The notes below the pieces were generated by a model. That model was not told where the DNA came from, did no database searches, and saw nothing but the letters and a program-made list of their open reading frames with translations. This document shows, one piece after another, positions 10,412 through 22,754 of a stretch of 64,000 bases of DNA (positions are counted from its first letter, which is position 1; the number at the start of each line of letters is the position of its first letter). The position numbers were made by a program, and so were the translations under genes. Source of the stretch: Eledone cirrhosa (taxonomy: Eukaryota); the NCBI GenBank assembly GCA_964016885.1, contig OZ024743.1, forward strand, positions 250,356,001 to 250,420,000. Direction: 5' to 3'.

Positions 10412-13400
10412 ATGGCCATATTAAGAGTAGGAAGTTTAAATGTTCGCGGCCTGGGTTCACCCTGGAAGCAGGGTCACCTGCTCAACGACCTCCAGTCGCT
10501 GGAAATGGATGTGATTGCCGTCAGCGAGACCAGAATTTCCGACATGCGCGCACTAGCCTCCATTTTCGACGACTATCAGATCTTCGCATCTGTTAGCAGG
10601 CCGGGAATGGGGGGTGGGGTGGCAGTGCTGTTTAGGAAAGGACTGGATCTCGAGGTAAGGTCGATATTCCGAGACCCGGACGGTAAGTTGGTGGTCGGTC
10701 TTGGATGTGAGCAGTAGCGAAGGTGGTGCCTTTAGACTGCTGGCCGTCTACGCCCCTACAGGGGCCAGACGACCTGACTTCTTTAGGCGCCTGGAGACCT
10801 TTCTGGGTACGTCTCACCCTTTACTGTTAGCGGGGGACTGGAATGGCATCTTAGACGCACGCTGGGATTGTGTGGGAGTAGCCGATAGGAGCGGGGGGTG
10901 CAAAAGCCTCAAGCACCTACTCAGCCAATTCCAACTGTCTGACAGGTATCGACTAGATTTCCCCAATGTGCCAGTATGGACATGGACCAACCGAATGGGG
11001 TCATCTAGATCGTATATAGACAGAATCTTCATTAGGAAAATAGATAGAAATAGTGTGGGCTCTCCACTTTTTAAAACGGTCGCCTATTCAGATCACAAAT
11101 TTGTGATCTGTACGGTCGACCTAGATAAAACGCGTAGGTTAGGACCGGGTTACTGGAAGCTGAACATGTCATTTCCGGCATGTAAGGCTTACAGGGACCG
11201 AGTCAACAATTTAGTTAAGTAAAAGTTGACAGGGGGGATCATCAACAACAGATGTTGGGGGGCTCTCAAAGGAGAGATTAGAGTAACTTCGATAGAGTTC
11301 AGCAAAGAACTAGCGTTAGAGAAAAATAGAAAGGAGGGGGAGCTGGTAGATAAGTTAAACGAGGCTATTTGTAGTGGCATCGCAACTGACGTGCTAGCGG
11401 CGAGAATGGCATTAGACCATTTCTTCAATGCCAAACATGAAGGTTGCATTGTCAGAGCTAAGCGCGTGCGCTGAGAAACGAGGGAACTAAAGCTGTTCGA
11501 TGGGCCCGCGCAGCGTGGTAATAAAACCACAATTCGGTCTTTGGCGGACCGAGACGGACACGAGATAAGCGATTCCAAGCGGATGTGTGAGGCCTTTCGC
11601 CAGCACTTTGCTTGGTTGTTCAGGGAGAGTGGCGAGTCAGAGAGAGTAGCGGATTTCAGTCCCTACCTTGACGGCTTGCCGCGCATCTCGATGGTCGACG
11701 CTGAGTGCTGCAAAAGGCCGATTACTTCAGCCGAAATTCAGGACGCCCTTGTCGGCTGCATGAGGCGCAAGTCACCCGGTTTGGATGGCCTGCCCTACGA
11801 GCTTTATGTAAATATGCCAGACTTGTTCTCCGAACTCCTCGAAGCACTCTACTGTAACTGGCAGCAGAATGGGAGTATTCCCAGTTCTGTGAGCAGGGGA
11901 GTGGTGACGCTGATAAGGAAAGACGAGAACAAGAGGGATACATTAGACAACTTCAGGCCCATAACTCTGTTCAACACAGAGTTTAAGATTTTGGCCAAGG
12001 TGTTAGCAAAGAGATTGGCGCTTGTCGTTGAGGATTTGGTTGGGGAAGCGCAAACTTGCGCAATCCCAGCCAGGTCCATACACGACAATCTCCACCTCAT
12101 GTGATACATCATAGAGAGGGTAGGGTGTAAACCTGGCTTCGGTGGGGCACTGATCAATTTAGATCAATCGAAAGCATTCGATAGAGTCGACCATCGGTAT
12201 CTGGAGTTTGTCCTCAAAGGAGCTGGCTTCGGCCCTGTCTTTAGAAGTTGGATCGTTGCAATGCACAGCGGCACACGCTCGGTGGTCAAGGTTAATGGCC
12301 ACCTCTCGGAACCATTTCGGCTCTCCCGATCGGTCCGTCAAGGGTGCCCTCTCTCTTCCCTTCTGTACGTATTGACTCTCGAGCCTTTACTGCGGAAGCT
12401 GGAGCTGTTGCAGGGCATCCCGTTTGAACCGGGATGTGGAAAGGCAGTGTCGGCTTATGCGGACGACATCACCGTGATGGTGTCGAACACCTCAGAAATC
12501 GAGGTGGTCGGCACCTTATTGAAGGAATATGAAAGGTTGACAGGAGCCAAACTTAACCCGGAAAAGTCGGTGGGCTTGCAGCTCGGAACCTGGAGAGGCA
12601 AGCCCATGCCATCCAACAGCGTCGTGGGGCGCTGGACGGACGGACCAGTAAAGTTGCTCGGGGTTTGGTTCGGACCAGACCTCCAGGTGGAAAAGAATTG
12701 GGACGAGGTAACGAGCAGAGTAGCCAGTCTCACCCAAAAATGGGCTGGGAGGAAGCTATCACTGAAAGGTCGCGCGGAGGTGGCGAATACGTACATCGCG
12801 TCCGTCATCTACTACCGCCTAACCATCGTGCCTTGCCCCCGTCCGTGCCTCGTCAAGTTGGAACGGCTCCTCTTCAAATTCTTGTGGAGGGGACAAGTTC
12901 CGTTGGTGAGGCGGTCCATCTGCTGCCAGCACCCTCTACGCGGAGGGCTGGGCATGCCGTGGCTAATGATGCGCAGACATGCGTTGAGGCTGCGACATCT
13001 CCAGGTATTCTGCCTCAATGGTGAACAGGTGTGGTCGCCGTTTATCAGACAGGCCTTTCCGCAGCTCATTTCTTTGACTGAGCTGCAGTCCTGGGTCAAG
13101 AAGAGACCGAGACTGGGTGACTGGCACCTGGAATGTTGCCAGGCACTAACTGCCCTCTACCAAGCGGGCAATGCGATCAGTGGAACTTCCACTCTCGAGT
13201 TCTATAGAGGATTAGTGGTGGGCAAGTGTGATGACGCACTCGGAGAAGCTTTGGGCCTTGACGAAGTCGAACTGACCAGTCTGTACCGGAGGACTTTTGA
13301 GCCGGGGACGATGGACAATTTCCAGAAATCCCTCGCTTGGCAGTGCTACCGGGGGGCACTGCCGGTTCGGGGTAAACTCTACAGGCACGGAAGTGCTGTC

Positions 13401-13826
13401 AGACGGACCTGCCCAACATGCGCACAGAACGACGAAACCGTTCTGCACGCACTTGTCCAATGTCCGTGCATTACTGACTTGTGGAGTTATGTCGAACAGC
13501 TACTGTCGCGTGTGGAACGAATCCGGCTATCGGCCGAGTCCATAGTGAAGATCGAGCCGCCACCTTCCTTAGGTCAGGAAGAGCAGGAAATTTTCCTCTG
13601 TCTGGTGGCAGTTGCGAAAGAGATTATATGCTGGACCAGGTTGAAAGGACTAAAGACAGACACTTTTCTCTTCGGCCAATCCCTCATCAACTTCTTCAAG
13701 TTTCACCTGGAAAGGAGGGTGAGGGTGGAGAGAGAAGTGCTGCCCCCCAGTACATTTGCTAAAAGGTGGGTGAATGTGGCGAGAATGGCTCGTGTGAATG
13801 GGCCTACTCTGACCATGCGCCTATAG
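10412..13826 (+). pseudogene. Tx1 ORF2 (APE-RT-C-terminal zinc finger) with several frameshifts and stops
   Basis: Fragments 10412..10717, 10701..11222, 11226..11474, 11541..12104 and 12261..13826 are colinear with 16454..19873. Confidence 0.93.
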
Positions 13827-14447
13827 GCTGGCTAACTTGAGGAGAGGGGTGCTCTTCTGGGTGCCCTAGAAGCGCAGGGTGGTTCAGGATTGGTGGGGTA
13901 CCCGAATCACCCCAGGGTCGTCCACCCCCTATCGGGGAATTTATTTTGTTATATTTATGCATAGTTTATTTTATATTTTTATATTTTCATTGTTAAATTA
14001 GTCTTGCCATTGTGCACTTTTACTCGACCTTATTGTAAACCCCCACTGTCCCTGTCTTTGTATTGTCCCATACATGTCGGCCCTTGTGGCTAATAAATGA
14101 AATCATTATTATTATTATTATTATTGAATGCCATGGTTGACGGAGGCTCGGCTCTGTAAGGTATAGTAATTTTTAACCGTTAAAACAATTGTAAATTGTT
14201 TAAAACTTGAACCAAATTGTTGATAAAGACACCCTCCTCCTCGTGAGAGGGGTTTTTCTGTCCGTTATTTGGCCCTTCGGGGTTAAATAACCAGTTATTG
14301 GGGTTTTGTACTCAAAATTTCATTTTAAACAAAAAAACATGGCTACCAAAAAGAAATTTCATACGTCACTCCCACTCATTCCGTCTTCTTCTTCCTCAAT
14401 CATCACTACAGCAGAGAGAAGATTGTCTCTCTCCCTCCCTTCTTTAA

Positions 14448-16418
14448 ATGTGTCTCTCTCCCTCCCTTCTCTTTCGCAAGCGACGAAAGAAAAGAAAAGT
14501 CTCGTGCAAAGCGTGCAAGGTTTCTCCACGACGACGACAGGTGTGCGGGAAATACGAAAACCCAGTTCATTCGTCTGACGTCAGGAATAATAGCAGTAGC
14601 AGCCGTAATAACAACAGCAACAGTGACAATGAAAACAACAGTAGCAGCCGCAACAGCATCACCAGCAGCATAAACAACAACAGCATTAGCAGCAGCAACA
14701 CCAACAACAACCACAGCAACAGCGGCGGAGGCAGTAGTCGTAGTACCTGCAGCAACAAAAGTACCAGCAGCTCTGACGACAACAACAACAGCAGAGAAAA
14801 ACCAATCTCATTTGCAGGTATTGCGAAAAACTTGGAAACAATCCTCATAACAAATGAGGAATTAGAGGAAGCGAAGAAGATGGTGACAAAGAACGGACAC
14901 CGAGCAATCTGCAAGGCAGCGAAAAATTTTTTCGAAACCCAAGAGCGCTGTATGGTCACGTACCGTACAGTAAGTACAAAATCCCGTAGGGTGGAAAGAG
15001 CCACAGAGGCCCAAATACAAAAAGCCTTGGGGTCTGTGTGGCAGAGGAAAACGCACATCACCCGAGGCAAAAAATACGCCACCGTAGATGTACTTTTTGC
15101 CACACCCCAGGAGGCAAAGGCCCAATCAGTAGTGACCCTAAGGAGCGAGGAAATGGTGTTGGTGCCCTCCTACTGCGGGCAAAAAATTGTGAGGGTCAAA
15201 CTGACCCACGTCCCCCCCGGAATGACCCCTTCTTGGCTGGCCGCGTCTGTCCTCGTCGGAATCGAGGACAAAACAACTGTACTGCAAGTACAGAAAAAAG
15301 TAAGAGAAGATTGGGTCGGCTCCTCCATTGAGATGCTAATCCAAACCAACCAGGAGTGCATCGAAGCTATCCCGGATGTGATAGACTTCGATAACGGCAC
15401 TCAACTGCCCATAAGTGTTGAGGGCAAACGCCCGAAATGCTTTCGCTGTGGATCGAAGACTCACCTCAGGGCCTTCTGCAACGAGAAGACCCTGAGAAAG
15501 GAGAAAACCCCCCTCCTTCCGAATCCGGCTCCACGGCTACCAGCAACAGGACAAGCGGCAACCAGGAACGATAGGTCCGTGGCACCCATACCCACGCCAC
15601 GGAAATCAAAAACAGCAGCAGCAGTGGAAATATTAACAACAACAACAGCAATACCAAATGCAGCTGCAACAGAGACTCCAGTGCAAACGTCACCAACAAC
15701 AACAAGTGAAAGAGTGGAGCTGGTACCCCTCCCCGACCTCACAGAATCAGACATGGAGTGTGAGGTGGGAGAGGGATGGCAAAAGGTCGCAAGAAGGCAC
15801 AAACGCAGAAGCAGCGCATCGTCGCCTTTTAAAAGGGAGGAAAGAAATGAGAAAAGGGTAAAGTCTACTGCAAAGAGACCCACAGCAGCAACAACACCAA
15901 CACCATCACCACCCACACTAGCACCACCATCACCACCGGCGACAACCCCACCGCCAACAACACCTTCAACACCACCACCACAAGCACCAACATCGCAAAC
16001 ACAACAACAAAACACACACACCCAGCAACAACGACAAGAAAATAGCAGAACCACACCCCACCCCCAGAAAAACAAATGCACGGCAATAAATACACACAAC
16101 AAGAAACTAATGACTTACATAATTGAACACACAGACATTTCACAACAGGACTACATAATACCAGCACCAATCAAAACGCCAACTAACATAAGACTGCTAA
16201 AAATAGCACAGAAACAATACACAAACATTAAAACGAAATTCCCCAACGCAGTTGGTGATTTCAGGGACCTAGGAGGAACCATCAATCGAAGAGTATACTC
16301 AGACATTCTCTTAGAAGAGCCGACGACCAGCCGAAGGGACGATTCAACGGTCTCTTCACCAGACGATCAAGTGAAAAGGGATGTAAAAACCATCTCTCCT
16401 CTACCAAAAGTACGGTAA
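14448..16418 (+). CDS. Tx1 ORF1 (N/S-rich N-terminus, CCHC knuckle, P/T-rich tail)
   Basis: 656-aa ORF with GKRPKCFRCGSKTHLRAFC. The start is uncertain because an out-of-frame ATG at 14339 (MATKKK...) may be the original start. Confidence 0.85.
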   Translation: MCLSPSLLFRKRRKKRKVSCKACKVSPRRRQVCGKYENPVHSSDVRNNSSSSRNNNSNSDNENNSSSRNSITSSINNNSISSSNTNNNHSNSGGGSSRSTCSNKSTSSSDDNNNSREKPISFAGIAKNLETILITNEELEEAKKMVTKNGHRAICKAAKNFFETQERCMVTYRTVSTKSRRVERATEAQIQKALGSVWQRKTHITRGKKYATVDVLFATPQEAKAQSVVTLRSEEMVLVPSYCGQKIVRVKLTHVPPGMTPSWLAASVLVGIEDKTTVLQVQKKVREDWVGSSIEMLIQTNQECIEAIPDVIDFDNGTQLPISVEGKRPKCFRCGSKTHLRAFCNEKTLRKEKTPLLPNPAPRLPATGQAATRNDRSVAPIPTPRKSKTAAAVEILTTTTAIPNAAATETPVQTSPTTTSERVELVPLPDLTESDMECEVGEGWQKVARRHKRRSSASSPFKREERNEKRVKSTAKRPTAATTPTPSPPTLAPPSPPATTPPPTTPSTPPPQAPTSQTQQQNTHTQQQRQENSRTTPHPQKNKCTAINTHNKKLMTYIIEHTDISQQDYIIPAPIKTPTNIRLLKIAQKQYTNIKTKFPNAVGDFRDLGGTINRRVYSDILLEEPTTSRRDDSTVSSPDDQVKRDVKTISPLPKVR

Positions 16419-16453
16419 GTGGTCTTTCCCATCTTTTCCACTCTATTTTAAAC

Positions 16454-19400
16454 ATGACCTCACTCATAATAGGCAGCATAAATGCGCGTGGCTTGGGGTC
16501 GTCATGGAAGCAGGGTCACCTGCTCAACGACCTCAGGTCACTAAACATAGATGTAGTGGCCATCAGCGAGACCAGAATCTCCGAAGCACGGGCCTTCGTA
16601 CCGATCTTCGGCGGCTACGATGTGTACGCATCTCCCAGCCGTCCTGGATCGGGTGGAGGAGTTGCTGTGCTTTTTCGGAGAGGTTTGGATCTCGCCATAC
16701 GGGCCATCTTCCTGGACCCAGAGGGTAAGCTGGTGGTGCTGGACGTGACCAGCGGAGACGGGCAAGCTTTCAGGCTAGTGGCCGTCTATGCCCCGACAGG
16801 AGCAGGGCGGCCTGATTTCTTCCGGCGTCTGGAGACCTTTCTTGGAACGTCCCGCTCTTTAGTGTTAGTGGGCGACTGGAACGGGATCTTAGATGCACGC
16901 TGGGACTGTGTGGGATTAGCGGATAGGGGTGGAGGGTGCAAGAGCCTCACCAACCTGCTCAGGCGTTTTGAACTGTCTGACAGGTACCGATTGGATTTCC
17001 CGAATGTGCCAATGTGGACTTGGACAAACCGCATAGGGTCATCCAGATCATATCTAGATAGAGTATTTTGTAGGGAAATAGATAGGTCTAGCATAGGCTG
17101 TCCACAATTCAAGATAGTCAGCTACACGGACCACAAATTCGTGATCTGTGTGCTTGACTTAGATAGGCTTCATAGACGAGGACCCGGCTACTGGAAGCTA
17201 AACGCGTCCTTACCAGCGCGCAAGGCCTACAGAGACCGGATTAGCGAACTAGTTAAGAGGGCGTTGACGGGGGCCATCGTCAACAACAAGTGGTGGTTTG
17301 CTCTGAAAAGAGCGATTAGAATAGAATCGATTAGGTTTAGTAAGGCTTTAGCAATAGAGAAAAATAGAGCAGAGGGAGAACTAGTTAGAAAATTAGACGA
17401 GGCGCTTAGCAAAGGCATTGCGACCGACGTGCTTGCGGCGAAATTGGCCCTTGACCAATTCTTCAATGCAAAGCACGAAGGCTGCGTTGTCAGAGCTAGG
17501 GTGCGTGCTCTCAGACACGAGGGGACGAAAGCCGTTCAATGGGCCCGAGTGGCGGAGGCGCGTCGTGGCAACAAAGCCACGATCCGGTCTTTGGTGGACC
17601 ACGACGGGCGCATGCTACTCGATCCCGGGCAAATGTGTGAAGCTTTTCAGCGACACTTCGCTCAGCTGTTCGGGGGCAGCGGGGGGCCGGGTAGAGGGAT
17701 GGACTTTAGTGTCTACCTCGACGGACTGCCGCGGCTCTCGGCCACTGAGGCGAAGTGTTGCGAAAAGCCGATAACAGCCGCTGAAGTAAGGGAGGCAATG
17801 ACTGGCTGCACAAGGGGTAAATCGCCTGGTTTGGATGGTCTGCCCTATGAACTTTACGTACAGATGCCAGACTTGTTCGGAGGCCTCTTGGCGGACGTCT
17901 ACTGCAACTGGCAACAGAACGGGAGAATTCCCAGTTCTGTGAGCCGAGGAGCGGTGGCACTGCTGAGAAAGGATCCGAACAAGGGGGATAACATAGACAA
18001 TTTCCGGCCCATAACTCTGCTAAACACAGAGTTTAAGATTTTGGCCAAGGTGCTAGCAAAGAGGTTGGCGCTTGTCGTTGGTGGTCTGGTGGGAGAGGCG
18101 CAGACATGCGCCATTCCCGACAGATCCATCCACGACAACCTCCACCTCATGCGATACATCGTAGAGAGGGTAGCTAGGGAACCTGGCACGGGTGGGTCCT
18201 TGATCAATTTAGATCAGTCGAAAGCTTTCGATAGGGTCGACCATCGTTACCTAGCGGCAGTCCTGAGGGCGGCTGGCTTTGGGCCCGTCTTCAGAGGCTG
18301 GATCGCTGCCATGCACAGCGACATCTGCTCTGTAGTGAGAGTGAACGGTCACCTGTCGGAACCGTTCAACATCATGCGCTCGGTCCGCCAAGGATGTCCC
18401 CTCTCGTCCCTCTTGTACGTATTGACTCTCGAGCCATTACTGCACAAACTGGAGACGTTGAGGGGAGTCCCGCGCGAACTAGGATGCGGAAGATCCGTGT
18501 CAGCATATGCGGACGATGTCACCGTAGTGGTGTCGAACGCCAAACACATCGAGGCGATCGGCACTACACTAAGAGAATACGAAGCGGTGACAGGAGCAAT
18601 GATCAACCAGGAAAAGTCAGTGGGCCTGCAGCTCGGCACCTGGAGAGGCAGGTCCATGCCGTCCAACAGCGTCGTCGGGCGCTGGACGGACGGACCGGTT
18701 AAATTGCTAGGGGTCTGGTTCGGTCCGGACCTCCAGACGGACAAAAACTGGGACGAGGTGACGAGCAGGGTGGCTTCTCTCACCCAGAAATGGGCGGAGA
18801 GGAAGCTATCCCTGAAAGGTCGAGCGGAGGTGGCTAACGCGTACATCGCGTCTGTCATCTGCTACCGCCTAACCGTCGTACCTTGTCCTAAGCCTCGCCT
18901 GACTGGGCTGGAGCGTTTGCTCTTTCGCTTTTTGTGGAAGGGACGTGCTCCGATGGTCAGGCGGTCCATCTGTTGTCAACACCCGCTACGTGGAGGGCTG
19001 GGCATGCCGTGGCTGATGATGCGCAGGCACGCGCTCAGGCTACGACATCTCCACCTCTTCCTCGACGGTGATCAGGTGTGGTCGCCGTTTGCTAGACGCG
19101 TTTTTCCCCAGCTCGTTTCCTTGACGGAGCTGCAGTCCTGGGTCAAGCGAAGACCGAGAGGGAGCGCCTGGAGACTGGAATGTCTTCAGGCGCTCACAGC
19201 CCTCGACCAATCGGGCAATGTGATCGGTGGAAACTCCACCTCGGCGTTCTATAGAGGATTAGTGGAGGGGAAGAGCGACGACGTACTTGGGGAAACTCTA
19301 GGCGTCGACGAAAATCAACTAGCCAATCTCTTCGGAAGAACTTTCGGGCCAGGGCCTATGGACAACTTCCAGAAATCTCTGGCCTGGCAGTGCTACCGAG

Positions 19401-19873
19401 GAGCCTTGCCAGTTCGGGATAAACTCTACAGGCATGGAGGTGCCGTCAGCCGGGCATGTCCGAGATGCGCGCAGGGCGACGAAACCGTCCTGCACGCACT
19501 CGTCCAGTGTCCGAAAATTGCTGACTTGTGGGTTTATGTCGAACACCTGCTGTCGCGTTTAGGACGGATCCAGCTATCATCTGAGTCTATCGTGAGGATT
19601 GCCCCGCCCTCCTCCTTTAGCCGGGAAGGGCAGGCAGTTTTTATCTGTCTGGTGGCCATGGCGAAAGAGATAGTATGGTGGACACGTTTGAAAGGGCTGA
19701 AGACGAGCACTTACCTCTTCGGTGATGCTCTGATTGACTTTTTCAAATTTCATTTGAAAAGGAAAATCAGAGTAGAGAAGGAAGTGCTCTCTTCCCAGCA
19801 TTTTGTTGAAAGATGGGTGAGAGAAGCAAGAATGGCCCGAGTGAATGGGCCGACTCTGAGTATATATCTGTAA
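16454..19873 (+). CDS. Tx1 ORF2: APE endonuclease, reverse transcriptase and C-terminal CCHC-type zinc finger
   Basis: Uninterrupted 1139 aa with SINARGL, GDWN, YLDRVF, TDH, GPGYWKLN, KSPGLDGLP, FRPITLLN, KAFDRVDH, RQGCPLS, YADD and CPRC..ETVLHALVQC. Confidence 0.97.
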   Translation: MTSLIIGSINARGLGSSWKQGHLLNDLRSLNIDVVAISETRISEARAFVPIFGGYDVYASPSRPGSGGGVAVLFRRGLDLAIRAIFLDPEGKLVVLDVTSGDGQAFRLVAVYAPTGAGRPDFFRRLETFLGTSRSLVLVGDWNGILDARWDCVGLADRGGGCKSLTNLLRRFELSDRYRLDFPNVPMWTWTNRIGSSRSYLDRVFCREIDRSSIGCPQFKIVSYTDHKFVICVLDLDRLHRRGPGYWKLNASLPARKAYRDRISELVKRALTGAIVNNKWWFALKRAIRIESIRFSKALAIEKNRAEGELVRKLDEALSKGIATDVLAAKLALDQFFNAKHEGCVVRARVRALRHEGTKAVQWARVAEARRGNKATIRSLVDHDGRMLLDPGQMCEAFQRHFAQLFGGSGGPGRGMDFSVYLDGLPRLSATEAKCCEKPITAAEVREAMTGCTRGKSPGLDGLPYELYVQMPDLFGGLLADVYCNWQQNGRIPSSVSRGAVALLRKDPNKGDNIDNFRPITLLNTEFKILAKVLAKRLALVVGGLVGEAQTCAIPDRSIHDNLHLMRYIVERVAREPGTGGSLINLDQSKAFDRVDHRYLAAVLRAAGFGPVFRGWIAAMHSDICSVVRVNGHLSEPFNIMRSVRQGCPLSSLLYVLTLEPLLHKLETLRGVPRELGCGRSVSAYADDVTVVVSNAKHIEAIGTTLREYEAVTGAMINQEKSVGLQLGTWRGRSMPSNSVVGRWTDGPVKLLGVWFGPDLQTDKNWDEVTSRVASLTQKWAERKLSLKGRAEVANAYIASVICYRLTVVPCPKPRLTGLERLLFRFLWKGRAPMVRRSICCQHPLRGGLGMPWLMMRRHALRLRHLHLFLDGDQVWSPFARRVFPQLVSLTELQSWVKRRPRGSAWRLECLQALTALDQSGNVIGGNSTSAFYRGLVEGKSDDVLGETLGVDENQLANLFGRTFGPGPMDNFQKSLAWQCYRGALPVRDKLYRHGGAVSRACPRCAQGDETVLHALVQCPKIADLWVYVEHLLSRLGRIQLSSESIVRIAPPSSFSREGQAVFICLVAMAKEIVWWTRLKGLKTSTYLFGDALIDFFKFHLKRKIRVEKEVLSSQHFVERWVREARMARVNGPTLSIYL

Positions 19874-20133
19874 ACTAAAGGTGGAAAACTGGGAGAGGGC
19901 ACTTGCCTTGGTGGTCAGGGTCATTGTGGCTTTTCACTGGGCTTTCTCCACAAATGTCCCTCCGAAGTCTCCCCCCTATTGGGGAATTTTTCATTGTTAT
20001 TTTCATTGTTATTTTTGTTACATCCTCTGTTTTTGTTTTTTTACACGCAGAAATGCCCATTTGTACCGTCCTGCATTGTCCTGCACTGTCCTTAATGTCT
20101 ACTTTATGTAAACCCTTGTGGTTAATAAAGAAA

Positions 20134-20191
<58 letters not shown>

Positions 20192-20594
20192 ATCACTTTT
20201 TGAAGGACTTTCTCTTCCTCTCTATTCTACTTTAACTATTATAAATATATAAATGTGTGTTCCATTAGAAGCCAAAGTTAGATCAGCAAGTGTAAATTTA
20301 CAGAACAACTCAGAACTGAGAACTAAGACAAAGTATTTGTCATAATGTTGAAATAGAATTCAACATTGGAAATAATGGGTGAAAGAGACACACAGACAGA
20401 CAGAAAGAAATGAATAAATAAATAAATAAATAAATATAAAAATACATATAAAAATAAAACATAGAAAGAAATTATTTAAAAACAAAAGGTGTGAAATAAA
20501 ACTTGTATAAAATAAAACGTTACATTCTAAACTAAGGAAGTTAATAAACAACAAAACATAAACAGAGACGAAACAGATTATAAACAACAGACAT

Positions 20595-21295
<701 letters not shown>

Positions 21296-21415
21296 GGAGA
21301 GAAAGAGGAAGAAAGAGAGACACTGATAAAAACTGGTACTCTGGTAATGTAATGATGCTACCAAGTGAGTGGAAGTACTTAACTAATATTAGAATCTCCA
21401 TTGTAAAAGCTTAAG

Positions 21416-21734
21416 AAGCAACAACAACAACAACAGGAAGAACAACATCACCATCAGTAACAACAACAACAGTAACAGGAACACCAGCAACAAGGCAAAT
21501 ATCATAAGTAATAACAGCACCAAGAACAGCAATAGCAACAATAACATTAATAGTAACAACAACAACAACAGCATCAGTAGTAACAATAACAACAACAACA
21601 ACAGCATCAGTAGCAACAATAACAACAACAACAGCAGCATCAGTAGCAACAATAACAACAACAACAGCAGCATCAGTAGCAACAATAACAACAACAACAA
21701 CAACAGCAGCAGCAACACTATCAGTAGCAACAAT

Positions 21735-21769
<35 letters not shown>

Positions 21770-21896
21770 CGACACTATCAGTAGCAACAATAACAACAAC
21801 AACAACAACAACACTATCAGTAGCAACAATAACAACAACAACAACAACATCAGTAGCAACAATAACAACAACAGCAGCAGCAGCAGTAGCAACAAT

Positions 21897-21928
<32 letters not shown>

Positions 21929-22150
21929 CGACACTATCAGTAGCGACAATAACAACAACAACAACAACAACAACAACACTATCAGTAGCAACAATAACAA
22001 CAACAACACTATCAATAGCAACAACAACAACAACAACAACAACATCAGTAGCAACAACAACAGCAGCAGTAGCAGCAGTAGCAACAATAACATCAGAAGT
22101 AGCATAGAGAAAGCAATGGCTAAAGTAACAACAACAACAGCAACATTTAC
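21416..22150. repeat. (CAA)n/(CAG)n-rich minisatellite with recurring ATCAGTAGCAACAATAAC unit
   Basis: Directly visible. Confidence 0.95.
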
Positions 22151-22212
22151 AGCCAAAAAAAAAGAAAAAAAATGACTGCCCTTGGCAAAACTAAACAGCT
22201 AATGGTGCTATT

Positions 22213-22346
22213 TCTGAAGATACACTGTAGTAACAATCAGGTCATCTGAAGATACACTGTAGTAACAATCAGGTCATCTGAAGATACACTGTAGTAACAA
22301 TCAGGTCATCTGAAGATACACTGTAGTAACAATCAGGTCATCTGAA
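22213..22346 (+). repeat. Perfect 32-bp tandem repeat, 4.2 copies (TCTGAAGATACACTGTAGTAACAATCAGGTCA)
   Basis: Identical units at 22213, 22245, 22277 and 22309, with no spacers. Confidence 0.97.
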
Positions 22347-22754
22347 AAATTATTTCAAAATATCAGAAATGCAGACTCAACAAAGAGAAACTATCTCAGA
22401 TCAGACTTGGTAGCTGGATTGTCACTAGTGGTTGGTGGTGGTTAGAGATAGTGGCAGTCAGTGATAGTCACTAATGGTCACAAATGGTTAGAGATGGTCA
22501 GTAGTGGTCTCAGACCTGTCAACTCACCCCATCCACTTTGGGGTGGGTAAAAGTTGTCTTCTCTTGTGAAAATCTCCCCATTTTGCCACATTTCTTCTCT
22601 TTTTGGGACACTTCTTTTCATGGTACTCCCCATTTGGGTTTTTAGAGGTCTGTGGTCAGTAATGGTTCAGCAGTAAATGTTTGAAAATGGATTTGTTAAT
22701 TCAAATGCTTATAGTATCTTTATTAGTGGAAAGATCACAGTGAACATTTGTAAT

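Larger units (their letters stand above)
8200..14125 (+). mobile_element. Tx1-clade (L1 group) LINE, copy A, full length, ORF2 disrupted
   Basis: 5' UTR follows (ATT)n; ORF1 with a CCHC knuckle; fragmented APE-RT-zinc-finger ORF2; 3' AATAAA and (ATT)n tail. Confidence 0.93.
14126..20188 (+). mobile_element. Tx1-clade LINE, copy B, full length, potentially active
   Basis: Starts directly after the (ATT)7 tail of copy A; ORF1 plus intact ORF2; ends CCCTTGTGGTTAATAAAGAAATC followed by a long (ATT)n tail. Confidence 0.95.

Noticed and set aside
22213-22346. CRISPR array
   Set aside because: The 32-bp units are contiguous with no unique spacers, there are no cas genes, and the context is eukaryotic.
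22511-22652. hAT-like MITE (CAGACCT...AGGTCTG)
   Set aside because: There is only a 7-bp inverted match and no convincing TSD.
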